Position numbers and translations under genes: made by a program
The notes under the pieces: generated by a model
The model's input: only the letters and a program-made list of their open reading frames with translations
Told to the model about the DNA's origin: nothing
Databases searched by the model: none
From: Botryllus schlosseri
Lineage: Eukaryota
NCBI GenBank assembly: GCA_051294905.1
Contig: CM119372.1
Span: forward strand, 32,242,001 to 32,302,000
Direction: 5' to 3'
Length of the DNA stretch: 60,000 nt
Part shown: in pieces, positions 14,001-25,924 of the stretch
How positions within the stretch are numbered: position 1 is the first letter of the stretch
Layout of the letters: every line of letters begins with the position of its first letter

Positions 14001-14599
14001 AGTCAAGTCATGAGTCAAGTCACAATTCAAGTCAAGTTGCCTTTTCGAAGTATGAGGCATGATTACGTCATTGCAATTTGCTAGCTGTCTGAAATACAGA
14101 TTGAGTGGTCATTGATTTTGAACCGATGAACGACTATAGAATTATCTACACACGCAAGAAGGCGCTGTATCGCTCAGATATACGTAAAATGCTAAACTGC
14201 GTAAGTACATAATTGCATAGCCTCAGTTTATAATTACGAGCCAAAATAGAGAGTAGAGAAACGAATTAAGAAGATGCAATAAGATGCAATCCATTTACAA
14301 ATTGATATGATACAAATCGTTCCTGCGCCAATGGTTGAAGACTATATATATAAACTATATTCGAATTCAATTTCAACAAAACAAGAGATTTGGTTAAGGT
14401 AAGAACCAGGGCTGTGGAGCAGCCGTAAATTTTAACTGCTCCAGCTCCAGCTCCGGAGCTTTCTTTTATCATACATTAGCTCCGGCTCCAGACAGATTCT
14501 TTATTCGTACGATGATTGTTCACACAAATATGTAAAAAAGACAAACACAGCGATATGACCACATCAAGATGTGTAGTCTTCAATTCAGCTGTAGTCAAG

Positions 14600-14930
14600 G
14601 CGTAACGTTAGAACATTTATATCATGCAACTGTTGGTCAGTAACACTTCAACAAAAGATTAAACAACAAAACGCAAACGCAAAACAGTGGTAGTAGAAAA
14701 AATAAAAAACTGTAACACTAGTTCAAAATAAATACCAGATTATACTCTCAGGTATGAATATGTAGAAATGAGCTGAGACTTAAAATTCCGACAGATTGAT
14801 GCAAATGACAAACCTCTGTGCTCTATTGATAAGGAGTTCCAAATCCTTGGACCAACAAAAGTTAGGGATCCTTGGCACACACTAGCGGCTAAATTTTTTA
14901 TAAAGATATTTCCAGCGGTGGCAGAAATAT
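14600..14930 (-). mobile_element. 3' fragment of a CR1/L2-group LINE inside nest level 4
   Basis: Minus strand reads SLTFVGPRIWNSLSIEHR...FKSQL, like the GPxxWNxL motif at the end of ORF2; boundaries approximate. Confidence 0.65.
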
Positions 14931-14980
14931 TTCCAGCTGCGGCTCCGGCTCTGAAAACTATCGAACTGGTCTGTCTGTAT

Positions 14981-15677
14981 CAAGGATGGCCAACCCGTGG
15001 CCCGCGAGAGGGTTTTGAGGGGGCCGCGAGGTAATTTCCTGTTATATTATCGTAATCCTGTTATATTATCGAAAATGAATTGCTCAGATTGCGAAATTGC
15101 GAGGTCGACCAAAAATTACAAATCTGGCTGCGACACTTGGGATGTTAATGACTAAAATATCAGTTTCGACGCATTGGCAAATCCAGGATCCAGTCACGTG
15201 TTTAGTAAATCGTCGTACATCACAATAAACCAAAATAGTAGTGAAATTTTTCTTCACGCTTCGCGTGTTTAATTGTCACACGATTTCTTGCCTGATAGCC
15301 TACCCCCTTCTGAAAATAAAAAAGTCGCATGATTTACCCGATTGAGTCTAGCTGCATTCGCAATTGCACGGGAGAAAGTCTTTTTGCGTTTGCGCTCGCA
15401 GAAAAATCGCCGACGATGAAATGTCGGCACAAAATGATTGTCGCATATTAGCGGAAACCTTCGATATCGATGTGTGCAGATGCCGAGTAGTCGTGTCCTT
15501 GCAAACTGAGCCCAGCGGGCGGTATACAGTAGACCCGCAATATACTCAAGTAAAAATATTATTGACCTAGTTCATTTATAAACTTTGAAAACTTTACGTG
15601 CATGGCACCGCTAGTGGACCGCGCACTCGTTGGTCAATTGCATGTGCCCCTTTAGCCGAAAAGGTTGGCCATCTCTG
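14981..15677. mobile_element. hAT (Buster-type) MITE; nest level 5
   Basis: TIR CA(AG/GA)GATGGCCAACC; TSD GTCTGTAT/GTCTCTAT. Confidence 0.88.
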
Positions 15678-17539
15678 GTCTCTATAGATTACTAATCTAT
15701 GTTAGTTATCAATAGTAATATAGAGTCTGTCAGCCGTCAGTAACATCGGATGCAGCAACGAGGACATATATGCCGCCGCGCCTGCTTGTGACGTCATAAT
15801 GAATACTTGTCAATTGTCGATAACATCATGGTTGCACTAGAACGCACTCTACTCCATGCTATTGCTGTTTACAGCATTAAAATTCAGGCCTGCTGCTAAA
15901 TTATGTAAAATCAGCAGATATGATTGTTGCAGATATAATAGCCTCTCATGAAATACGTCGGACCCGGAGCTACTCCTCAAATAACGGGCTCCAGCTCCGG
16001 CTCCGGCTGAAATTTATGTAGAGCTCCGGCTCCGGCTCCGGCTCTGGTGAAAATGCACGGGTCTGGGGATCCGGCTCCTTGCTCCGGCTCTGGCTCCAAA
16101 GCCCTGGTAAGAACAGAATTAGACAATTTGCTATTGGATTACTTTACTATACTAGTGTACGACAACGCAAGCTGTAAGCTTCGTTAACTTCGTTTACAGT
16201 CAATTTATTTGTGAGACAACAATGAAGGCTCTGTAAAACGCACGATCATTGAATGATTGGTCGATGTCACGGGTTACGCCAGCGTTTCGCGAACAATCCG
16301 AACATGAAAGATGCAGTGATTTTTATCGACACCGATTATTAGATGACTTGAAATTGACTCGTGAATTTTGCTCCGAGTCACGAGTCAATCCACATTTCTG
16401 ATACGCCGAGTCAAGTCAAGTCAATTCATTTTAGCAAAGTGACTCGAGTCAAGTCAAGTCATACGAAAAAGGTGACTTGAGTCATCCCAACACTGCTTTA
16501 TAGGCCTGCCGTTGTAGGCGGCCCATTGTCTGTTCATTGTGAATCATAAACGGTCAAATGAAACAAATAGGTTGACATGTTTTTATTCTCATTGCTTAAC
16601 ATACCGCAATATCCTAACTGAAGCAAGACTGCGTGAGCATTGGTTCTTATATCAAGAAGAGTACGATGAAAATTGTCATGTAGGTGGACAACATTGTCAG
16701 AATAGAGCAATACGGTGTGTCACCTGCAGCGTACGCACAACTTCAGAGTTGCCAGCCAACAACTGCTGCTGTTGAGCGATCTTTCTCCATTCTTGGCAAG
16801 CTATACTTAGTAAGGACAGACACATTCTACCTGAGAATGTAGAAAAGTAACTTTCTTTGTGCTACAACAAATTTTAATTTTTTCTTGACATATTGACATA
16901 TTTGCTGCAATTCTTCATAGATCCGGATTTCGTTCAAATAAAAAATTTTCGTGTAAAAATCTATCAGTTTTTAAGTTAAAACAGTTTTTTTCAGGCCAAA
17001 CTACTTCGTAAAGAGAGACAGTTTCAACCAGAAATGGAGATAAGTAGTACAATTATAACATTATGCGGGAAAACACTAGTTTGCACACATTAGGTCAAAA
17101 TTAGGTTAAAATGAAGTCAAGGTTAAAAAATGTCCAGAATTTAGATTTTTCCGGTCAAAATCTTTCGTTTTTAGGTAAAAAAATCGTTCTAGTCATGACG
17201 TTTGTGTTGTGATTCCCAAATAATCCCGTATATATTTTACGTTACGTACTCGATGATTAGGCACGCTATGCATCACTGACATATGGCGCGAAGAAATTGG
17301 GAATAGAATCGGTTCATCTAAAAAAAACTAGAATATAAACGCCGGGAAATTTCCACACGTCAAAAATAGAATTTTATCTCGGAGATTGGGCAACTGCGAA
17401 AGTATGGTAAAAGTATCAAATATACTATGGAAGAATGGCGCTGTGGCGTGGAAAATTGCAAATATGGTATGGAACGACTGAGGCGGGTACGTAGTATGGA
17501 AATTTCCCATTCCATACCATACCATGCCTTGTCAAGGAC

Positions 17540-19330
17540 ACTTCTGGTCATCAGTGACCGAGCTGGAGTACATTCTCGAATCGAAATGATACATTGCTGT
17601 CAGCAATTTTTAAATAATAAGTGCAACTGATATTATTTTTGTGGTCACATACAAAGGATATATTTAGTCACTTAAAGTTCCTCTAACGGTTATGACGTCA
17701 TATGAACGGGTACCCGTCTCGTCATGGAATCATTTTGTTCTATCTCTGTTTATTACCTCCGTAAACAATAACAAATTTTGGACAGCGAAGCCAGGACAAA
17801 TTAATAAACTTTTGAAATAACATATTTCTTGTTATTTTTGTTTCCGTCGTATGCGGCTGAGGATCGAGGGTTAGATGTTACACCAGGGCGAACGGAGTGA
17901 AAAAGTTTGGGAATTACTGAACTAGCACATGTTCAGCGATATTGCGGTTGTTGTGATAGAAGTAAGCCTAACACAAACCATGTCACAGTATGCGATATAA
18001 CAATCAGCCTAGTAATACTTAGTATATTCATGTTAGGACCAATAAGTGGAACTTACTTTCACGGAAATCAATCGTTGTGATTTGTGAGTATGACAATGCG
18101 AGTTTGGCAAAAATAATATGTCGATTCCACAAACTGACAAATCATATCTTTAAAAATTCAGCATCAATCTTTAGTTAATGACGCGTTATCGTCACCGTTT
18201 ACGCACAAATCAGTCGCGATTACACGCAGGTTACCGACGCTGTCATTACCGCAAACTATATAGGAATACGTTGGTGTGATCATGAGAAATTAAAAAATAA
18301 TTATGACACGTTTGGGGTGCCTTTGTCTTGCAGTGTACATTTATTTATGAGGTGTAGTGACGGAAGGGTTGACGATATAGTTGATTAAGTCATATCATAA
18401 ACGTTATGGTCGTGTGGTATTTATAGGGTAGTGGCGTTGAAAGATAGGTTCATTGCTCGGAGTTTGCACCAGCAGTGAAATCAATGTTGTTTGATGCGGT
18501 ATGATATATTTGCAGCGAAGTGAGAATAGTTCAAACGTTGTGTTCTATACTGAAACGGTTCCAAAACGATTTGTATATTTTTGTGTCATTTTTGTTTCAC
18601 CCTAATTTTATATTCGCTGGGATTAGTCAGTTTGCGGTTCTTTGTATTTTGATGTCTGGAATCGTGATCATTATACAACAACATAAAATTAGTTTGAGAT
18701 ACAATATGTACTCGTTAACGTTTGTTTTGTATCGTTACTAACGTATCTTGCCTGTCTAGTAGTTGTTTGTTTTTGTTATTATTACTTCATATAGAGAGGA
18801 GCCTAGAAAAATTTCCGGCACTTAGGTAGGAATCCTGGAATCGACCTCGGTCGGACTCGACCCCGCAACCCATTGGTGTCGCAGCTGTGGAACGTACCAC
18901 TACGCCATCTCGGCACAGCTGTATAGGTGTGTCGTTCATCTTGATAGAACTATATACGTATTCAAGTTTATATTACGTGTTCAATCGCCAGTTTCAAATC
19001 TTGTCAATCATTAATATGTTACCGCAATCTATGGAGGGATCGCAAATCCTTGACTGATGCACGTAGAGTGGCAAATGGACTCTCGAGAATTGTTAATATC
19101 TATCCAGCCTTGGGTGAAGACTGCCACAGTGCCGAAAATTCTGGTTTGGCCTCGGGATATTTATGTATCGTAAATAATTTAGTAAATCGGTCTTCATGGA
19201 TTTTCAAAATCAACAAGGTTTCAAACACCTGGTTACGCGACAGGTTGTGCACTACACCCGAAACGTATTTATATCACGTTAGCGCTGAGTCAATGGGTCC
19301 GCGCCTATAACCATCGTTGTCTTGTGCATT
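17540..19330 (+). repeat. Old duplicated segment, copy A (continues 12700-12890 across the nest)
   Basis: Collinear similarity to 28710-30450, for example GGAGTACATTCTCGA, TTATTACCTCCGTAAACAATA, TGGCAAATGGACTCTC. Confidence 0.88.
18790..18916 (-). mobile_element. tRNA-derived SINE head
   Basis: A-box-like TGGCGTAGTGG and B-box-like GGTCGAGTCC; does not fold as a cloverleaf; not evident in duplicate copy B. Confidence 0.55.
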
Positions 19331-20346
19331 GGATACATCTGGTAGGGGCAGAAAGTTGATTAAACGGAAAGAGAGCAATGCATACGTCAAAAGCTGGATA
19401 TGGAACCCGACCTACGCGTCACATATTACGGTCGAATTCACGCTGAGAAATTTTGCGGTTTCGCTTGCGCGCCTCTCAATTATCTGACGAAAATCCGCAT
19501 GGTAATACTTGGCCAATTATCGTGTTTCCGTATCATGGGTTTCAGTCAATATATAATGATTTATATAACGATTTCATACACCAAAAGAATATCAGTTGAA
19601 AGTTTACATTGTTCTCGTTTAGCATGATGGCTATGAACCCGAAATGAGAAGCTCTATATTATTATTGTATTGCCTCGTAAAGTCAAATTCCAATTTGCGA
19701 TACTAGTAGCCATATACCATTGTCCGCAGTAGGAAAATTATTCGGAGTTGTCCGGCCGCCTTTAGATGGCTCTGCATTAGTCTTTTACTAGAAAGTGGCG
19801 GTAGTTTTTCTAGTATTCCGCTGGATAGCTTTTTTTATGTTTGTTTGGTACCTCACAGTAATTGAGGCCGTGGTATTTTATCATACTCGCGTTCCGGAGA
19901 TAACCGGATTTATATTTTAAGATCCAAATCCAAGTCCAAATTTTTTGAAAAATTAAATGTCGTATGCAAATTGGAAATATTGAAGACTTCAAGTATAGCA
20001 TATCAAATCCAAGTCGAGCTTATAAAATCGCAATTCCAATATCCGATCCGTATTCATCCAAAATCATCAAAGCCGTTTCTTTCAAATCTATATCCACATT
20101 CAAGTGTACCTCTGCGAGTTCCACTCTTAAAACCAGTCAGTTAGTTCTAGTAGCATACTTAAAGCCTATAGCTAGTCAGTAATCTGCAGTGTCGTGATTT
20201 TATAATTCCAGAAAGCATTCGATGAGAGATAGTAACCGACAAAATCGAGTTCATGTCTGTTGTCTACGCCTGCAATTCACAAATATTGTAAGAGCAAAGA
20301 TTGTGTCGATTAACATCTCGCCTTACTCCGCAGATTCTACTGTATC

Positions 20347-20474
20347 ATGCACCCGATGAGAGATACGATAATAGTAGCATTTATCATCATACTTCTTCTT
20401 AGTCTGGCTGCACCATCGAACGCTACAATCCAGCGGCAAAGAGCGCAAGTGGTGGCCTTGCCAAGAACAACCAG
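20347..20474 (+). other. Orphan exon or short ORF encoding a signal peptide (MHPMRDTIIVAFIIILLLSLAAPSNA-TIQRQRAQVVALPRTT)
   Basis: Upstream acceptor ccttactccgcag|20334, hydrophobic core with S-N-A cleavage pattern, possible donor AG|gtacaa; no downstream exon confirmed. Confidence 0.45.
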
Positions 20475-20566
20475 GTACAAAAACATATGAAGTCATGGAC
20501 TTCAAGAGCTTCTTGGAGGTACAGAACTTCAATATACAATTAAATAGTATATTCATATTGAAATGA

Positions 20567-20600
20567 ACCCGAATATTTTCGGCTGACACTCGTCAGGGGT
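20567..20600 (-). ncRNA. Second copy of the minimal hammerhead motif, in the inverted arm
   Basis: Exact reverse complement of 21794-21827. Confidence 0.82.
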
Positions 20601-20809
20601 AATCGTCAGCAACTAGTAGAGAATTGGAAAGAACATTGTATATCAACAATCGTATCACAAAATATGACGTCACCAGCATGAAATTTCGAATGAGAGAGCG
20701 TTCAATGTACTATTTTTAGGTGATACACGAACTCCTTTTGTTGACAGAGTTTTGGTTGGTGTATTTTGATAAAAGTTGATTCCAAGGCACACAAATGGAA
20801 TTGTGAACG

Positions 20810-21692
20810 CAATAACTCATTATCATTTCTGGACGTATTAGTTGAAAAGCGCAATACCAACAAATTTGAAACGTCTGTTTTCAGAAAACCGACATTCACA
20901 GGCCAATACCTTCGCTGGAATTCATTTAGTCCTCGGCGCAGAAAAATTAACCTCATAGGCACACTCGTGCATAGAGCGTTGATGATATGTTCGGGTAACA
21001 AACTGAGTTTAGAACTTGACTACATCCGAAAAATCTTACTTGATAACGGTTACCCTGAACACGTCATCAGCCGCGGCATGGAGAGGAAATTAACGCAATT
21101 CAACGCAGAAAAACGAACAGAGCCCACCGCACGAACAATAAAAGATGTTTATATCCATCTACCTTGGATTGGCCCCATTTCCACCCGCTTTGAAAAACAA
21201 TTGATTTCTGCTGTCGGTAAATGTTACGATACAGTCAAAACCAATGTGATTTTTACAACAACACAACTGCTCCCTTCAACACGCAAAGACGTGCTTCCTG
21301 CACTTCAACAAAGTAATGTAGTGTACGAATATAGGTGCCACTGTGATTGTGGCTACGTGGGAAGAACGTCAAGACGTCTGCAGGACCGCATAAACCAACA
21401 TGTCCCCAGATTTATCAGAACACGTGCGTCACGCGATGTGAAAAGCTCACCCTTAACTCATCCACTTAAGATTGATGCTGATCGATCAAAGGCAATTGAT
21501 TCTGCCATCGGCAAACATCTGTTGGATAATCCGATTTGTGCGAATAATTATCGAGACGACCGATTTCGAATCGTAGGTCGAGGCCGTTCACAATTCCATT
21601 TGTGTGCCTTGGAATCAACTTTTATCAAAATACACCAACCAAAACTCTGTCAACAAAAGGAGTTCGTGTATCACCTAAAAATAGTACATTGA
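20810..21692 (+). CDS. Penelope-like ORF, C-terminal part: end of RT and thumb plus GIY-YIG endonuclease, open to its stop
   Basis: LSFLDVLV, FRKPTFTGQYL, LLDNGYP, VVYEYRCHCDCGYVGRTSRRLQDRINQH, SAIGKHL, LESTFI; the RT catalytic core is missing. Confidence 0.92.
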
Positions 21693-21793
21693 ACGCTCTC
21701 TCATTCGAAATTTCATGCTGGTGACGTCATATTTTGTGATACGATTGTTGATATACAATGTTCTTTCCAATTCTCTACTAGTTGCTGACGATT

Positions 21794-21827
21794 ACCCCTG
21801 ACGAGTGTCAGCCGAAAATATTCGGGT
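21794..21827 (+). ncRNA. Minimal type I hammerhead ribozyme motif in the Penelope pLTR
   Basis: ACCC-CUGACGA-G(UGUCAGC)C-GAAA-AUAU-UC^GGGU: stem I ACCC/GGGU, intact core, palindromic AAUAUU stem III. Confidence 0.82.
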
Positions 21828-22071
21828 TCATTTCAATATGAATATACTATTTAATCATGGACTTCAACATACCGATATAAATGTGCAGTGATACTGTTCA
21901 TGAGATTTCATGGATTACAATATATAGTCGTGCCGTAAAACACGCGTGTAGGATATGGCGTTTTAGAGTTCAAAATTGTGTCAAAATCATCAAAACTATC
22001 CTCATGCCTGTGCTAACAATTATGTACGGTTCACTAGCTTAGTGAAATTTGTTGTCTCAATTGGGTTAGAT

Positions 22072-23390
22072 CAGGGGTGGGCAAACTTTTGAGCTCGCGG
22101 GCCGCATTCAACATCTGCATCCATTCGCGGGCCGCACTATATAAAATTGGGATTATAAACCAAAACGCAATATTGGTATTTGATTATATAGTGAGGACAT
22201 GGATATAATATATGTGCTTATTTAAAACTAAGAAAACATTGCTTTGATGATCGTACACGCGTCAGAAACAGTGGCGAGATTTTATAGGCTGGTCGACCTC
22301 AATAACGAATTTGTCGAAACTATAGAAATGAAAGTCGGTCGTCCCAGTTCTTAAAAAGTCATTCAAATCTAAATCTGTGAGCAGTGATCCGTTTCCTAAA
22401 TCCACTTTTGGTTCCATTCCACGACACACAATGTTGACAGCATCATAACAATGTTAGCTTCAAACACGCTTCTACTATATGTGCTTATAAAATATAAATA
22501 CCCTAATTCTACGCATACAGACAACGAATCTACCTAAGACACGCGCGAATCGTTTTTTATAAGCACATCACTGAAATAATTAAAAGAGGAGTTGCCAATC
22601 TGAAATCACACTCGTGACCCGAATTGTGTCAATCTCATTTAGGATTTCTGTGATATTTAGCATTTGAAACCTTTCAAACTGCGTGGGCCTTGAGATCGGG
22701 CTGTCGCGCCAGAAATTAAACATAAAAAACCTTAAGACGTTAGAACAGTGGTTCTCAAACTTTTAAAGACACGCCACCCCCCCTTATGATGGTGAAAGAT
22801 TTCGTGCCCCCTTATCGTCATATCAAAAAACGCAACCAGGATGCTGGCAAACCCAACGGACAGTTTGATGTCATGGAAGGCTACGACTGTTCAGACTAAA
22901 TACAGAGCGAAAACTGTTATGTTCTTGATCTTGTTTGAACAATAACTCAATACGACGAGGTTGCAATACGGAATCAGTATATTGTACAGCAGAATAACTT
23001 TAGGCAGCGACACGATCCAGACTGCAGTTAAATGAAAGACCACGAGAGAACAGACAAATAAGAGACAAGCGATACCAACGTAAAATGCACGAACATAACA
23101 AAAACTATGAATAGGGTGTAAGTCGCGCGAAGCGCGAAAAAAATTCAGTTGCGCTCAGTTTCACACTCCCTTCAGATGCTTTCACGCCCCCCCCCCAGTT
23201 TGAGAACCACTTCCTTGGCATTATCATGGTGAAATATACTAAGAAATAGTTTAATCAAGTCCCTGCTGAAATTATTAGTAGGCTACGCATTTTGTCAATA
23301 TTTTAAAAAGTTTCTTTAAACTCTCGCGGGCCGCACAGAACGGTGATGCGGGCCGCATGCGGCCCGCGGGCCGTAGTTTGCCCACCCCTG
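22072..23390. mobile_element. hAT composite MITE, copy 2, nearly identical to 7327-8645
   Basis: Same 1319-bp sequence with only a handful of substitutions; its own perfect TSD GGTTAGAT. Confidence 0.93.
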
Positions 23391-23457
23391 GGTTAGATAG
23401 ACGTTCTGGTTTTAGATGTTGACGCAGTGGTTAACTGGCACACAGTGTATTTTGAAC

Positions 23458-24926
23458 GAGGGCTGTGGATTCGGTCAATGTTACCACCGACTCGAACTCC
23501 AATTCCGACTCCACACATTTTCAATACACCGACTCCAACTCGGACTCCGACTCCAACAGTATTATATATGCCACAGTGACGGCTAAATGGCTATCATATA
23601 ACCATTCAACATATGCAAACATATGATTAACGATCGCAAGCCAAATTGTCTCATTGTGGCGCAGCTCGAAATATTCCATTTGCAATTAACGTGGATGAAT
23701 GCATTTTTAAATATCCTTCCTTATACATATTTTATAAGTTATTAAAACATGGAATCTATATTCTATAATACCCTAATATGTATGAATCATCCAAACATGA
23801 CATATATCCAATCCGTTATAATCAAAATGTAGATGAAGCAACAAAGTATAGGTCGTGAGTAAGAGTCAGCAATAGGGTTGCATTTAAAACAAACGGTGTT
23901 TTAAAATACTTTCTTTGAAACATGTTGTATGAGCCTACTGGCAATTACTACCCGATATAGCCGATATGGGATGGTTGGAACCCACAAAATAGTCAATTCA
24001 ACAGCAATAGTACATATATTTCGTCAAAGGAGCCATATTTACCCTATATTTTCAATTGTCAATGTCAATTCACCATGACGTCACAATTGAATATTCGTGA
24101 CGTCATGACTTTAAAATAAATGTTTCAAACAAGGGCCTTGTTTTAATTAGATTTTTGTTTCAAATGCAACCCTGGTCAGCAACCAATACAGAGAAGTAAC
24201 TTACTTCTCATTATACACGCTCATATACACGCACACACTCTCACTACTAATAAGCATTGGTTAGAAACGAAATTTAGGAAGTAGTCAGATAGCATATGTC
24301 TAGTCTACATGAAATTAGTCAAGGACTAGGACTTGCAGTCTTTCCTAATCATTTGTTCGACCCAAGCAGCTGAGCTACACTACAGATATTTTTAATTTTG
24401 TCAAGTGGAATGTAGCGTTAGGTTATATTTACATGAATTTTACAATTTTGCAAAACCAGACGATGTATTTAGTTACTCTGTCTCAGTTTTATGGTATAAT
24501 TCAAAAATTGCATCAATTTATGACTGCATAGCGAAGATGCATATTGCGATTTTCTTCCTCTATGCAACTGATCTGCAATTCTCAAATAATGTCCGATTTT
24601 ATAAATATCGTTACTAATAAGAGTGATTGATGGTACAAAATATTCTATTTTAGGTAATATTAGTAATATAAAGATACCTTTGAAAGCAAGTGTTTTCGTA
24701 ATAAAGTAGTTGGAGTCGGAGTCAGAGTCAGGGTCATTTTCACAAACTCCGACCCCGACTCTAGTCAGTATTTTTTCCACGGCTCCGACCCCGACTCCAG
24801 CCACAATAATTTTCATGACGCCGACTCCGTATCCAAGGCATGGTAAAAAAATAGAGACTCTGACTCCGACTCCGACTTCGTTAAGCGAAAAATTGTCCAA
24901 ACTTTGACTCCGATTCCACAGCCCTG
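23458..24926. mobile_element. hAT MITE with (GACTCC/GGAGTC)n repeats, containing a nested MITE at 23873-24174
   Basis: TIR (C/G)AGGGCTGTGGA, TSD TTTTGAAC; inner TIR YAGGGTTGCATTT, TSD GTCAGCAA. Confidence 0.9.
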
Positions 24927-25924
24927 TTTTGAACACACCTTTCCATATATCTGAAAGAAATTGACTAGATGGGCCATGTTGTTAGGCCTACCCGTGTGGG
25001 AAGCTATGTTGAAGTAGAATATAATTCGACCCTGAATTGCTCTTCAATCAACAGTATATCCGACACAGTTCTTCAAGTTTAATTTATTCTTGTTGCCACT
25101 GTCAGATTTTCAATCATTTCAATTGCATGATTTACGGTGCAGGTACCTTGAATCAGCAATGTTTTGTTTTCAAGGTGTTGCAGCATTGTTATAAATTATT
25201 TTGTTACATGTTGTTATATCATGACCTTCAGGATTGTCGCTATTGTGCCACTAGCGTGCCACAGTCATTTTCGGATAAGGTGTTTTGTGACCGCCGATGT
25301 TTTTCGCAGTATTTCGTGTAATCGCATGTTGACCTGAAATCCACATGTATTAGTGTGCAGTATAGTGCCGTCTTGGCCGGCACCGAAATGTCGCAGCCAA
25401 ATATACATCTGGAGTATTGTCTGTAAATTATTATGTACTGGACGGGGTATACATATATTAATTAATTTAATTACCATAAATCGGACGAGCGCGAATAAAA
25501 ATTTCAAGTCGATTAAATCTCTCAAAAATACCTTTCGACACCGAACCCCCAATTGAGGAATCTCGTGCATACTCCAACAATAGAGCTATCTATACTCACT
25601 ATAGTCAACCCAGCATTATATACTTACGGCCAATGTTCCCTTTAAGCTGCGCGCGTGCGCGGCCGCGCACTGCTGACGAAGTCTCCGCGCACAGAAAAAC
25701 GTATCCCGCGCACAAGAAAGCCGAAGTTGTTGTTGTTGTTTTTATTAACTCATATAATTGGCGCTTGCAACATCGTGGTTATTTGCGCCCACACAGTGAA
25801 TTTCATACATTTCATAATGGCATGTCTTCTTGAACTTGAGTATTTTTTCGGCTCATTTGCTGCCTCCTTTCAAGAGTTCGGCTCTCTCATCGTCTGGGCT
25901 TTTCAATGCGCTGTGTTACAGCGG

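Larger units (their letters stand above)
14407..16106. mobile_element. hAT MITE with (GGCTCC)n subterminal repeats; nest level 4
   Basis: TIR CAGGGCT(G/T)TGGAGC; perfect TSD GTAAGAAC. Confidence 0.92.
13840..16495. mobile_element. hAT MITE with GACTCGAGTC/AAGTC subterminal repeats; nest level 3
   Basis: TIR CAGTGTTGGGAT; perfect TSD CTTTATAG. Confidence 0.92.
13619..17191 (+). mobile_element. hAT deletion derivative with a transposase C-terminal remnant; nest level 2
   Basis: TIR TAGRRCGATTTTTTT; TSD GTCATAAC/GTCATGAC; 16720-16875 translates QLQSCQPTTAAVERSFSILGKL/LSKDRHILPENVEK, like the hAT dimerisation domain. Confidence 0.85.
12891..17531. mobile_element. hAT-type element with (TATGG/AATGG)n subterminal repeats; nest level 1
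   Basis: Degenerate TIR C(T/A)(G/A)GGCAT(T/G)GTATGGTAT; TSD CCAAAGAC/TCAAGGAC; empty site CCGAGGAC at 28876-28883 in the paralogous segment. Confidence 0.82.
20506..21855 (+). mobile_element. 5'-truncated Penelope-like retroelement with an inverted pseudo-LTR
   Basis: RT thumb plus GIY-YIG ORF; arms 20539-20809 and 21585-21855 are reverse complements; TCATGGACTTCAA is duplicated at 20493-20505 and 21855-21867. Confidence 0.93.

Noticed and set aside
13860..14040. Short palindromic repeats (GACTCGAGTC, also GTGAAC and GGCTCC arrays) resembling CRISPR or iteron arrays
   Set aside because: No constant repeat-spacer period; they lie next to TIRs, as transposase-binding subterminal motifs do
18840..18916. 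Possible tRNA gene (also 25965-26040 and 48203-48270)
   Set aside because: A and B boxes are present but acceptor and anticodon stems do not pair; better explained as SINE heads
20702..21001. Minus-strand 99-aa ORF ending in the same peptide as the Penelope ORF
   Set aside because: Artefact of the inverted repeat, not a second gene
24469..24936. VGVGV-rich and TPTP-rich ORFs
   Set aside because: Translations of the GGAGTC/GACTCC subterminal repeats of a MITE
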